Shown: in pieces, positions 9,235 to 17,909 of the stretch
Numbering within the stretch: position 1 is the stretch's first letter
Layout of the letters: the number at the start of each line of letters is the position of its first letter
DNA from: Candidatus Enterousia sp.
GTDB taxonomy: Bacteria; Pseudomonadota; Alphaproteobacteria; Rs-D84
Assembly: GCA_045654485.1 (NCBI GenBank)
Contig: JAZONN010000023.1
Location: 23,305-87,304 of the forward strand
Direction: 5' to 3'
Length of the DNA: 64,000 bases
The notes under the pieces: generated by a model
What the model was told of the DNA's origin: nothing
Database searches by the model: none
What the model saw: only the letters and a program-made list of their open reading frames with translations
Translations under genes and position numbers: made by a program

Positions 9235-10041
9235 ATGGCAATTACTTGGAATGCAACAACAAAAAAATGGACTTTGGTTGGTACGTGTAGTGCGGCCGGT
9301 GCGGCTCTGCTTGTTTGGGCAGGTGTTGCAATTGGTAACGCAAATAGCAATGCCAATGAAGCCAAAGGCGTGGCAGGTGCTGCAATGGGGCAGGTGAAAT
9401 CTGTTGAAGGTGCAGTAGAGGCATTAGATGCCGAAGTAGATTTGGTTTATGAAGCGGTTGAACAGGCACAACGTACAGCAGATAATGCGTTGAAAGAAGT
9501 AAAAGTTCATCGTGATTCTACTATTGCGCAGGGTGTGCATCAAGCTGCTAAAAAGCCAGCGGCAAAACCAGTGGCTAAAAAAGAAGAAGCAAAGCCAGCC
9601 GCAAAACCAGTAGCTAAAAAAGAGGAATCAAAACCAGCCGCAAAACCGGCGGCGCAGCCAGTAAAAATGGTCGCAGCTGTTTGTGCGGAGTCTGGTAAAA
9701 CGGTTGTGCAACAATCTGCATCAGAAGCACCAGTTGATGTTAATGTTGACTTGGGCGGCAAAAATACAGGTGCCACAGTCGTCGCAACAGATGTTAGTGT
9801 AGTACAGGGTGAAAAATTAAGCCAAGGTGCAAAGGTTGTGCAACAAATGGCAACAGAGGCACCATCTAATGTGCAGGTGACTGTGTCCGGTGATAACAAA
9901 GGTGTTGTTGCCGTCGGTACAAATGTACACGTTGAACAAACTGTCTTGCCGGATGATTATGTAGAGGTTACTGTTAAAGAATCTTGCACTGTGGTGCTGA
10001 CAGACAAGGCGTACAGACAAATGCGTCGTCGTTGCAGATAA
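9235..10041 (+). CDS. Membrane-anchored hypothetical protein with tandem K/P/A-rich repeats (KPAAKPVAKKEE x2.5)
   Basis: 268-aa ORF, N-terminal hydrophobic helix, coiled region, lysine/proline/alanine repeat, C-terminal domain with 3 Cys. Confidence 0.5.
   Translation: MAITWNATTKKWTLVGTCSAAGAALLVWAGVAIGNANSNANEAKGVAGAAMGQVKSVEGAVEALDAEVDLVYEAVEQAQRTADNALKEVKVHRDSTIAQGVHQAAKKPAAKPVAKKEEAKPAAKPVAKKEESKPAAKPAAQPVKMVAAVCAESGKTVVQQSASEAPVDVNVDLGGKNTGATVVATDVSVVQGEKLSQGAKVVQQMATEAPSNVQVTVSGDNKGVVAVGTNVHVEQTVLPDDYVEVTVKESCTVVLTDKAYRQMRRRCR
9547..9660. repeat. 39-bp tandem repeat x about 2.5 (gcaaaaccagtRgctaaaaaagaRgaaKcaaaRccagcc)
   Basis: Unit 9562-9600 and 9601-9639 differ at 4 positions; partial units on both sides; in-frame. 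Confidence 0.7.
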
Positions 10042-10063
10042 TAATTTGTATCGATAATAATAT

Positions 10064-10089
10064 CCCACCGATTGGTGGGGTATTTTTTT
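10064..10089 (+). terminator. Intrinsic terminator
   Basis: cccacc-gatt-ggtggg + T7. Confidence 0.6.
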
Positions 10090-10159
10090 GGTTTTTTATG
10101 CTGGACAGAAAAAAGAATCTTGTGCTATGCTGTGTTTGTCATCAGAGAGAGTAGATATA

Positions 10160-13100
10160 ATGAAGTTTATCAGAAGTTTTATTTTTGCTTTGTTTTTTGC
10201 ACCTTTTGCAGCAGGGGCGGCATCCAATGATTTTATGGTTGCGGCACAGTTGTTGGCGGCGGCCAAGGCGGCTGATATTCAACAAGTTCAGGCCTTGGTG
10301 AATAATGGCGCAAATGTTAACTTTGTGGATTCTACGGGGTTGTCGATTGTTTGTACGGCTTTGATGAATAATGATGTGCGTGCAGCACAAATTTTGCAGA
10401 TGTATGGTGCAGATGCATCACAATGTGATCGTCAAATTCGTCAGTATAATAACCGAAATAAGCCCAAGGATACCGGTGGGTTGTTTAGCGGACTGTCGTC
10501 TGCCCAGACCATTAGTTTAGCGGCGGCGGGGGCCGCCGTTGTTGTAGGTGGCTTGTTATTATTAACAGATGTGTTCGATCCTGGTAATGATAACGAATCG
10601 GTGTCGGGTGGTGGAACACGTCCCGGTGGTGGTGGCAGTGACAATAATGCGACCGCCGAGGCATATTTGACTGTGCCGTATAGTCCAGCGTATCTGGGGA
10701 CAGATGGTAAGGTTACAACAAGTAATGAAATATATTTAGAAAATTTGGCCGGTTGGAATCCAGATGCGGGTGGATTAAAGGAAGCCGATTTTAATTTCTT
10801 TAACGATGTTAATGTGCAAAATTATTTGTTGATGATGCATGGGTATTCGGCATTTGCAAATGAATATATGGGTAAAGAAATTTTCCGTGATGAAAAAAAT
10901 CGCAATCCTGTTTTGGTTGGTAACAAGGCCGGTGGTGGTCGGCCGGTTGTTGTTGGGCTGGTTACAAGAAATGGTTTAAATCCGACGGGGTCGGCAGAAC
11001 GTGGTGAAGGTATAGAATATGCAAGTAGCGCATCGGTATCATCGGAAACTTTTCTGGTTGATAAATATTTGAACTATGAAAAACCGGTAAATGGTGTGTT
11101 GGGGCAAGAGGTCATAAGTGCTGTATCTGCATTTGATTTGTCGGGGGCTGGTACGGCTATGAATCCTTTTGCGACGTCATATGATAGTGCATTGGGAAAA
11201 ATTGTTGCGGGTTGGTATGGTGATGGACGTGCCTATGGTGATTTTTTTGGATTTGTACCTTATGGTCGTTTGGGGATATTTAGAACCGGTGGTGGTAAGG
11301 AGTGGGTTAATATAGAAAAATCAACCGATGGGGCTGTTTTGGGAACTGTTGCTGGGGGGGGCGATGTTGCAATTGCGGTTGGTGATAAAATTACATGGAA
11401 TGGGGTGACGTATGATATTTTGTCTGCTTTGACGGATACGGGTGTTGTTCGTCCGCAAATTACAGTTAAGGACACAACATACGATGTTGCAAATCCAACA
11501 AATATGATGATTGGAAAATGTTCGGGTGATGGTTGTACGGGTGAATCGGATATTGCAATCTATGTTGGGGCAGATGGATATTATTACGTAAATACAATGG
11601 GTGGTGATAGTGTTGATGCAGTTTGGACTGTGAAAGATGGTAATTTATATGCACAGAAAGAATTGGTTGATGCGGACTATAAGAATTTCCAGGCATTGTT
11701 TAATGCACGTTCGGTTGATGTGTTGGCAAATGTATCGGTGATTGAACCTTCTCGTAATGTGAATTATTTAACTGTTGCGGATGTTCCGGCGGCATTAAAA
11801 TTGGTAAAGGAAGATGGTACAAATTATACTTTTATTGATTTGATTGATGCGGTATATGATAGGAATGGTACTGACACAACGACACAGGGTGAATATGCGC
11901 ATCGTTTATTTAATGGGTATGGCACGGGTAATCCCATCCTGGTTATGTCGGCGGGCGAATTCGCATTGGGGGTTGGTGATGGTTTGTCATCATCTGTATT
12001 GGATGCGACATTTGAAAATTATGCGCCATTGTTATACGACAATAATTTGCAACATATGTTTATGACGGTTGTTGCGGTTGGGCATACCGGCGGCACAAAA
12101 GATGCGGATTCTATAAATGATTATGGAAATGGTACGGCAACAGAGTTTGGGCCGTTATATCTATCGGCCTGGCGTGATAAAGATGATACCCTTTATATGT
12201 CACGTAAGTGCGGTATTGCGGGGTTGGGGGTTAATGGGATTGACCCATGGTGTTTTGCTGCAGCGGGTGCGACGGGTGAAATGGCGACGGCTGCCGCAGC
12301 GGGGGCTGTTGCGTCATTGAAAGCCGCATTTAGTTATATGACTAATCCACAGATATTTACATTGATGGCTTTGACCGCAGATGGTTATTTGTTGGGTACG
12401 GATGCTTCGGGTAAGGCATTTGATAATGAAACATTGGCGGCCTATTTACAGAATATGTATGCTTTGCCGCCGGAATATTATCCAACAGAATTGTCGGCTG
12501 ATGAATATTTGAAGGCGTTTGCAGAAGTGTATGGTTATGGTTTAATCAATTTGGAACGTGCGATGACGCCGAATAAGAAAATTTATTTCTTTGATGGCAC
12601 AAATATCGTATCGGCAAACGGTAATGCGTATTGGCGTGCGGCAACAAATACTACATTTAAACCGTCGAGCACATTTAATTTGCGTGGTGCAACAATACGT
12701 GCGCCGTTCTATGATATGGTGACAAGTGTTGATGGAAATATGTCTTTGCCACGTGTGTGGGAAAATGAATTTGCGCTGGGTATGGATGGTCGCCGTTCAT
12801 TGTATATGGGTGATGTATTGGGCGAATTAAATACCCGTGTTGAAGACATACCAAAAACACAGATTGGTAATTTGGGTTTTTCTATGTCTTGGTCTGAACG
12901 GGCATACGAAGATAATTTGGGAGGATTGGATTCTTTGGTGTTGGATTATGTGTCTGGCAATTGGGAATTTGGTGCGTCGTATCAAAGATATTTGACGGAT
13001 GGGATGGCTCGTTTTACCCAGACGCATAACTCAATTTTGGGATTAATGTCGAATGCTTTGGTGACGGATGCAAGATACCAAATTGGAAATTGGTCTTTCG

Positions 13101-13804
13101 GTGCAAGTGCATTTTCTGGTGCGGTGACAGATGAAGGGTTGTTGGAATATGATCCGGCGATTTCTAATGCTTATATGCCGGCAAAATTGGGCTTGATGCA
13201 GGGGGCGTCAGCCGATGTTGCATGGGGAAACAATCGCTTTGATTTTGTTGCAACAATTGGTGCAGCGCATGAAACGGGTACCATATTGGGGGCGCAGACG
13301 GATGGTTTGTTAGATATGGGAAATGGTGATACAGCGTATATTGATGTGATGGCAAGATTTGATTTATCTGATAATGTACGATTAACCGGTCGGACGACGT
13401 GGGCGCAGACACGCAGCAAACCAAATGGCATGTTTGTGTTGGGAATGTCAGATATATATTCGAATTCTATGTCTTTGGCGGCAAATGTTGGTTCGTTTGA
13501 ATTTTCTGTGGCGCAACCTTTGGCTATATATGATGGTTCATTGAAATATGCGTATGCAGAATATGATGTTGTTAATATGGGTGGGGGTAAGTATGAATTA
13601 AATGTTCTAGATACCCATGTTGAAGATTTAGATTTGTCTGCAGGACGTCGTGAGTTACGCTTTGCCGGTACGTATCGCCGCAGCTTTGGAGAGTTTACAG
13701 ATGGGGCATTTGGCTTTATATATCGTGTAAATCCAAATAATACCGATGAATTTGGAAATGAAAGTGTGTTTATGTTGAAATTAACACATCGTTTGGGATT
13801 TTAA
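10160..13804 (+). CDS. Large outer-membrane/autotransporter-like protein with N-terminal ankyrin repeats and C-terminal beta-barrel-like domain ending in F
   Basis: Start ATG 10160 after gagagag RBS; signal peptide MKFIRSFIFALFFAPFAAGAAS; two ANK repeats (…LVNNGANVNFVDSTGLSIVCTALMNNDVRAAQIL…); last about 300 aa amphipathic beta-strand pattern ending …FMLKLTHRLGF. Confidence 0.55.
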   Translation: MKFIRSFIFALFFAPFAAGAASNDFMVAAQLLAAAKAADIQQVQALVNNGANVNFVDSTGLSIVCTALMNNDVRAAQILQMYGADASQCDRQIRQYNNRNKPKDTGGLFSGLSSAQTISLAAAGAAVVVGGLLLLTDVFDPGNDNESVSGGGTRPGGGGSDNNATAEAYLTVPYSPAYLGTDGKVTTSNEIYLENLAGWNPDAGGLKEADFNFFNDVNVQNYLLMMHGYSAFANEYMGKEIFRDEKNRNPVLVGNKAGGGRPVVVGLVTRNGLNPTGSAERGEGIEYASSASVSSETFLVDKYLNYEKPVNGVLGQEVISAVSAFDLSGAGTAMNPFATSYDSALGKIVAGWYGDGRAYGDFFGFVPYGRLGIFRTGGGKEWVNIEKSTDGAVLGTVAGGGDVAIAVGDKITWNGVTYDILSALTDTGVVRPQITVKDTTYDVANPTNMMIGKCSGDGCTGESDIAIYVGADGYYYVNTMGGDSVDAVWTVKDGNLYAQKELVDADYKNFQALFNARSVDVLANVSVIEPSRNVNYLTVADVPAALKLVKEDGTNYTFIDLIDAVYDRNGTDTTTQGEYAHRLFNGYGTGNPILVMSAGEFALGVGDGLSSSVLDATFENYAPLLYDNNLQHMFMTVVAVGHTGGTKDADSINDYGNGTATEFGPLYLSAWRDKDDTLYMSRKCGIAGLGVNGIDPWCFAAAGATGEMATAAAAGAVASLKAAFSYMTNPQIFTLMALTADGYLLGTDASGKAFDNETLAAYLQNMYALPPEYYPTELSADEYLKAFAEVYGYGLINLERAMTPNKKIYFFDGTNIVSANGNAYWRAATNTTFKPSSTFNLRGATIRAPFYDMVTSVDGNMSLPRVWENEFALGMDGRRSLYMGDVLGELNTRVEDIPKTQIGNLGFSMSWSERAYEDNLGGLDSLVLDYVSGNWEFGASYQRYLTDGMARFTQTHNSILGLMSNALVTDARYQIGNWSFGASAFSGAVTDEGLLEYDPAISNAYMPAKLGLMQGASADVAWGNNRFDFVATIGAAHETGTILGAQTDGLLDMGNGDTAYIDVMARFDLSDNVRLTGRTTWAQTRSKPNGMFVLGMSDIYSNSMSLAANVGSFEFSVAQPLAIYDGSLKYAYAEYDVVNMGGGKYELNVLDTHVEDLDLSAGRRELRFAGTYRRSFGEFTDGAFGFIYRVNPNNTDEFGNESVFMLKLTHRLGF

Positions 13805-13810
13805 TTAGAA

Positions 13811-13835
13811 AGCGGGGCGGGGCCCCGTTTTTTTA
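13811..13835 (+). terminator. Intrinsic terminator
   Basis: gcggggcggggccccg hairpin + T7. Confidence 0.6.
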
Positions 13836-13897
13836 TCGTGCTTGAAAATGTAAATTTTCTGTATATTATGGTGTTTGTTAGCTTAAAAGGTGTATAT

Positions 13898-14317
13898 ATG
13901 AATTTGTCATGGCAATTTGTTGTGCGGTATGTAAAAAATTTGTTCCCCGATAATGCGCCGGTGGCCATTAGTGATAACCCAGATGCGGATGCTTGTGTTG
14001 TTGCACACGTTTGTTCGGGGGATGTTTATTATATAAATAATCAGATAAATGGCGAAAAATACTGGCAGGTCTTTGTTGCGAATTTAAAGGACGTTGAATT
14101 GGTGCGCTATATTTTGCGTAGTAATGGATTGAAACCAAAATTGTTTCGTGCGGGAATGTTGATGAGTGTTCGTGTTGCAGATACGCAAAACAATCCAAAG
14201 GCACAGCAATTTATGGAAATGGTTTTGAATCATAATATTGATGTGGCGGAACGTGATGCGGTTATGATGCGTGTACAAAATGTCCGACAAAAAATGACTA
14301 AAGCCAAGGTGAAATAA
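13898..14317 (+). CDS. Hypothetical protein
   Basis: ORF with aaaagg RBS; no recognisable motifs. Confidence 0.4.
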   Translation: MNLSWQFVVRYVKNLFPDNAPVAISDNPDADACVVAHVCSGDVYYINNQINGEKYWQVFVANLKDVELVRYILRSNGLKPKLFRAGMLMSVRVADTQNNPKAQQFMEMVLNHNIDVAERDAVMMRVQNVRQKMTKAKVK

Positions 14318-14342
14318 AAATCGGCATTATGCCGATTTTAAT
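14316..14342. terminator. Bidirectional terminator between convergent genes
   Basis: tcggca-ttat-gccga with A-run and T-run flanks. Confidence 0.5.
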
Positions 14343-15042
14343 TTTTAAAATATTTTGATTTTTGTTGTTGTGATACTGTGTACATAGTATCGAATTTGGC
14401 ATCGGCCGCAGATTGCGTTGTTGGGGCATTTGTAGAGGTATAGTTATAATCGGCGCCATTTAATACGATTATATAATCCGGTGAGATATTGGTTCCGCAA
14501 TCCAAGTAATATTTAGACGGGTCATAATATTTGCCATAACATTTACCGTTTTCAACCGCCGCATAACCGTATTCGGCCAATTGGGTACAGGTTGGTTGTG
14601 TGCCATATGTAATTTCGCCATTATCTAAGAATTCGTCAGGGTTATCCAATATGCCCGAACACCATACATTTACGTATTTGCCGTTAAGGGATGCGATTGT
14701 GCCTCCTTCGGCGGTTTTGCGACGTCCAAAGCAGGCGTCGTTGGCGGATAATAGTGTTACATCAAAATCGGGGTTGATGTTTTTGCCGGCTGCGATGTCG
14801 TTGCGTCCCATTGCGACGGGTTCGTCAGATGGTGTTTTAATCGCATCCGGACAGATTAATTTCATGCCCCAGCACTTTGCATTATCGTCCCACATTTGTG
14901 CATCAAATCCGGTACCCATTCCACGATAACAATCAGATGGATTTAATTTGCATACCGTTGGTTGGTCCCACCAAGGCGTTGCGGCGTTTGCGCCACATGT
15001 ATAGAATAGTAATGCGGTAAAGATTGATATATTTTTTTTCAT
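14338..15042 (-). CDS. Secreted Cys/Trp-rich hypothetical protein
   Basis: 234 aa, signal peptide MKKNISIFTALLFYTCGANA, 14 Cys; 57 bp downstream of the 786-aa gene on same strand. Confidence 0.5.
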   Translation of the reverse strand: MKKNISIFTALLFYTCGANAATPWWDQPTVCKLNPSDCYRGMGTGFDAQMWDDNAKCWGMKLICPDAIKTPSDEPVAMGRNDIAAGKNINPDFDVTLLSANDACFGRRKTAEGGTIASLNGKYVNVWCSGILDNPDEFLDNGEITYGTQPTCTQLAEYGYAAVENGKCYGKYYDPSKYYLDCGTNISPDYIIVLNGADYNYTSTNAPTTQSAADAKFDTMYTVSQQQKSKYFKN

Positions 15043-15099
15043 TGTGTTGCCTTGGGCTTGATGATTATTTTATCAAATATTTCTGTGCTGTGCAAGTTG

Positions 15100-17460
15100 T
15101 CATGCGTTGCTGGGTGTTTCTTCTTCTTTTTGTGTGTCTTGTTCGGTTGATGTGTTGTTGTCTGTTGTTGGTGGTGTCTGACAGTATCCCCATGCCGTGT
15201 GTGCAGATGTTTGATCATAGAACAATTTGTACCGTGTTGTGTTGGTTGTGTCTGTTGGTGTGCTAACCCAAATTCCGCCCAAACGTTCACATTCTTTTGA
15301 TAATTCCTTGGCCATTTTTACACGTGTGTCGTCCATTACTTTGTTAATATCTTGCAATACTGTTGCGGGCAGGTTTTTGCCGGATTCGCTTGGGCGGACG
15401 CAGACCTGTAATGCGTATTTTGATAATTTTTGATATAAGCTGCCGATATAATCGTCGCCGCATCTGTTGTTGTTTGGTGCTTGTTGTGTGGCACAATCAC
15501 CTACTGTGATGGCTTCTGGTTTTGCTTTTTCGCCGGCGCATTCATAACAGTCGGGGCATGGTTTGCATGTGTTTCCGTATTCTGGGGTGGCGTTATATTC
15601 ACCCATATAGGACAGGTAATATCCCGGGGCGCACGATGTGTATTTGAATTCGATTTCACATGTATAATCGCCATATTGGGTGTTTGTGTTGGTTGTGCCT
15701 GTATTAATAGGGCCTGATAATTGGCCGGTTTGTGTTTGTAAAATACACCATATGTCTGTTGAATATTGATGTGACCCGGGGGAGTATGTGCGGCACCCAT
15801 ATGGTGATGTGTGTAGTGTGTCGTTGCTGGGGACAGCGCACAAATCTTGGGCATATGCGGTTAAAGCTTCGACGCATTGTTGGCCGATTTGCTGGTCGGT
15901 TATATTGTGCATAGTTGCCAATAATTCGTTTAGACCACCGGGGCCGCCGCCGTATAGATTGCTACATGCGTCTAATTTTTCTTGGCACAGTTGTTCGGAT
16001 AGTTCCAAACGTGCGCCTAATAACAATTTTTCGTCTGTATTTGAGAAGTCCTTTAATGATTGATTTTTTTCGTCATAGCATTTATTTACAACTTCAAGGC
16101 ATTCGTTTTTAACCTGACGAATTCTATCTTGTTGACCTTGATAAATTTCTGTTACGGCTTGGCGCATAAATTCATCCCAAACCATGTCGGATATGTCACG
16201 GCATGTATCCAATCCACGTTTGGCATATATGCGTTTGTCGGATAAGTTTGCAACCAGTAATCGATTGGTTTCATTGGTCAAGATGTCGCCAGATAATGAT
16301 ATTTGATATCCCAATTGATAGAATTCGGGACTGTATATCGGTTCGCCTGTTGTAATATTAAGGTATAATCCGGTGATGTCTAAGCAATGTACATAATTTG
16401 GACCGCATGCCGTGTCGGCGGTTATGTCTTGGCGAACCTGGGCAATGCATTGATGGATGTCGGAAGAATTGTGGTTGTTGTAATTTTCTAATCGTAATCC
16501 CTGTAATTCTTTGCCGGCGATACGGATTGCATTGTTTGCATTATTTTTTTCTTGGTTTAATGAATTTAATAGCAGATTACAATCATTTTCGATATACATT
16601 CCATATGCCGATGTAACCATTGTTTGTATGGCATCTGTTGGGCATTGGCTGATTGCCATCTGGGCGCATTGTGCATGTACAGCGTTGTACAACGCTTCGC
16701 CAGATAGTTCGGCAATATTAACGCCCCCCATCAAACCGGTGGTCGACCATATCGTGTCAATTGTGCCGGCGATGTCAACGGTGCCTTGGGTGGATAATGA
16801 TTGTTTTTTTGTTTTAGATAATATTGCACTTATGCCCGATAATTCAGATGTGGCGGTGGAAGAATCTTTCATAAAAGTTTGCTGATTTTCACCAGCGGTT
16901 CCTTTTATCATCGCATTTACTTCTGCGGGTGACTTATCGACAACAGTTAATTGTAGATCCCGAAAATCTTGCAATTGGTTGGATGTATTGCCCAATGCAC
17001 GCTCACGATTTTGGATTTCATAAATTTTAGATGAACATGTGCATCTACGGTATTTGGTGTCTAATGTGCCACAAAACTGATCCATGCATGTAAAGTATGC
17101 GTCACGACATGTGTTATAGTCCGCATTAAATGTCTCAGAAGGTTGGGCGAATACATTTATTGTGGCACGTGCGGTTGCTCTTTTTTGTGTTGGGGTGCCG
17201 TTGTGTGCAGATGTGGTTCGGGTGGCGGTGCCACGTGCGGTTGTTGCCGAACGAGGTTTGGTCGCTGTGCGTGCATTTGTTGAGTTGCGAAATGTTTGGG
17301 TTATTGTGCGTGGTGTTGTCGAACGTGCATTTGTCGCCGTGCGTGCAACGGTTGTAGATTGTGTGGCAGGACGTGAGATGGTTTTTGCATTACGTTCAGC
17401 GGCGTTGACACTGCCAACACCGGCGATTAACGCCATAATGAAAAATAGTATCCTATCCAT
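15100..17460 (-). CDS. Giant secreted Cys-rich protein, family member (N-module YNTCRDAYFTCMDQFCGTLDTKYRRCTCSS; R/T-rich linker)
   Basis: 786 aa; signal peptide; linker TARTATNARSTTPRT…; LYNAVHAQCAQMAISQC… module aligned with paralogues. Confidence 0.65.
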   Translation of the reverse strand: MDRILFFIMALIAGVGSVNAAERNAKTISRPATQSTTVARTATNARSTTPRTITQTFRNSTNARTATKPRSATTARGTATRTTSAHNGTPTQKRATARATINVFAQPSETFNADYNTCRDAYFTCMDQFCGTLDTKYRRCTCSSKIYEIQNRERALGNTSNQLQDFRDLQLTVVDKSPAEVNAMIKGTAGENQQTFMKDSSTATSELSGISAILSKTKKQSLSTQGTVDIAGTIDTIWSTTGLMGGVNIAELSGEALYNAVHAQCAQMAISQCPTDAIQTMVTSAYGMYIENDCNLLLNSLNQEKNNANNAIRIAGKELQGLRLENYNNHNSSDIHQCIAQVRQDITADTACGPNYVHCLDITGLYLNITTGEPIYSPEFYQLGYQISLSGDILTNETNRLLVANLSDKRIYAKRGLDTCRDISDMVWDEFMRQAVTEIYQGQQDRIRQVKNECLEVVNKCYDEKNQSLKDFSNTDEKLLLGARLELSEQLCQEKLDACSNLYGGGPGGLNELLATMHNITDQQIGQQCVEALTAYAQDLCAVPSNDTLHTSPYGCRTYSPGSHQYSTDIWCILQTQTGQLSGPINTGTTNTNTQYGDYTCEIEFKYTSCAPGYYLSYMGEYNATPEYGNTCKPCPDCYECAGEKAKPEAITVGDCATQQAPNNNRCGDDYIGSLYQKLSKYALQVCVRPSESGKNLPATVLQDINKVMDDTRVKMAKELSKECERLGGIWVSTPTDTTNTTRYKLFYDQTSAHTAWGYCQTPPTTDNNTSTEQDTQKEEETPSNA

Positions 17461-17504
17461 AACTTATGGTTATTATATTATCAAAATATTGGGATTATAA
17501 CAAA

Positions 17505-17527
17505 TAAAAAACCGCACGATGTGCGGA
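17505..17527 (-). terminator. Intrinsic terminator after infA
   Basis: ccgcac-gat-gtgcgg hairpin with U-run on minus strand. Confidence 0.55.
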
Positions 17528-17531
17528 TTTT

Positions 17532-17777
17532 TTAATTTGCGTTTTCTGTCGATGGGCGATTGCGTTCAACAAACGTAATGCGGCCTTTGTCCAAATCGTA
17601 TGGGGTCATTTCAACACGAACACGTTCGCCAACATTGACCCAGATGCGTGCTTTACGCATTTTGCCACAAACAGTTGCCAGAATTTCGTGTCCATTTTCC
17701 AATTTTACACGGAACATAGTGTTTGGTAACTTATCTTCTACGGTGCCGGTAAAAACAATAACGTCGTCTTTTGCCAT
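17532..17777 (-). CDS. infA: Translation initiation factor IF-1 (with short C-terminal extension)
   Basis: [70 protein letters not shown] matches IF-1 S1-like fold. Confidence 0.92.
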   Translation of the reverse strand: MAKDDVIVFTGTVEDKLPNTMFRVKLENGHEILATVCGKMRKARIWVNVGERVRVEMTPYDLDKGRITFVERNRPSTENAN

Positions 17778-17847
17778 TTATTATCTCTTTTTTGCTGTGG
17801 ACAATTATATGATATTTGTCGAAAAAAATCAAGTGGTTTTTATGTGC

Positions 17848-17876
17848 TTGCACTAAAGTCAAAGTTTTGATAAAAT
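17848..17876 (+). promoter_or_regulatory. Sigma70-type promoter TTGCAC-17-TAAAAT for the 765/827-aa operon
   Basis: read directly; about 34 nt upstream of ATG 17910 with RBS aggtggtg. Confidence 0.35.
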
Positions 17877-17909
17877 AGGTCCTAAGGAAATTGTATGTAG
17901 GTGGTGCAC

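Noticed and set aside
10160-13804. Active subtilisin (S8) protease domain in the ankyrin/beta-barrel protein
   Set aside because: Only a weak GxSMAAPhVAG-like stretch exists, and it carries Glu in place of the catalytic Ser. No convincing Asp and His boxes were found.
15039-15290. 83-aa minus-strand ORF with a poly-Lys run
   Set aside because: It overlaps the 3' end of the 786-aa gene in another frame, and the lysine run comes from an A-rich tract.
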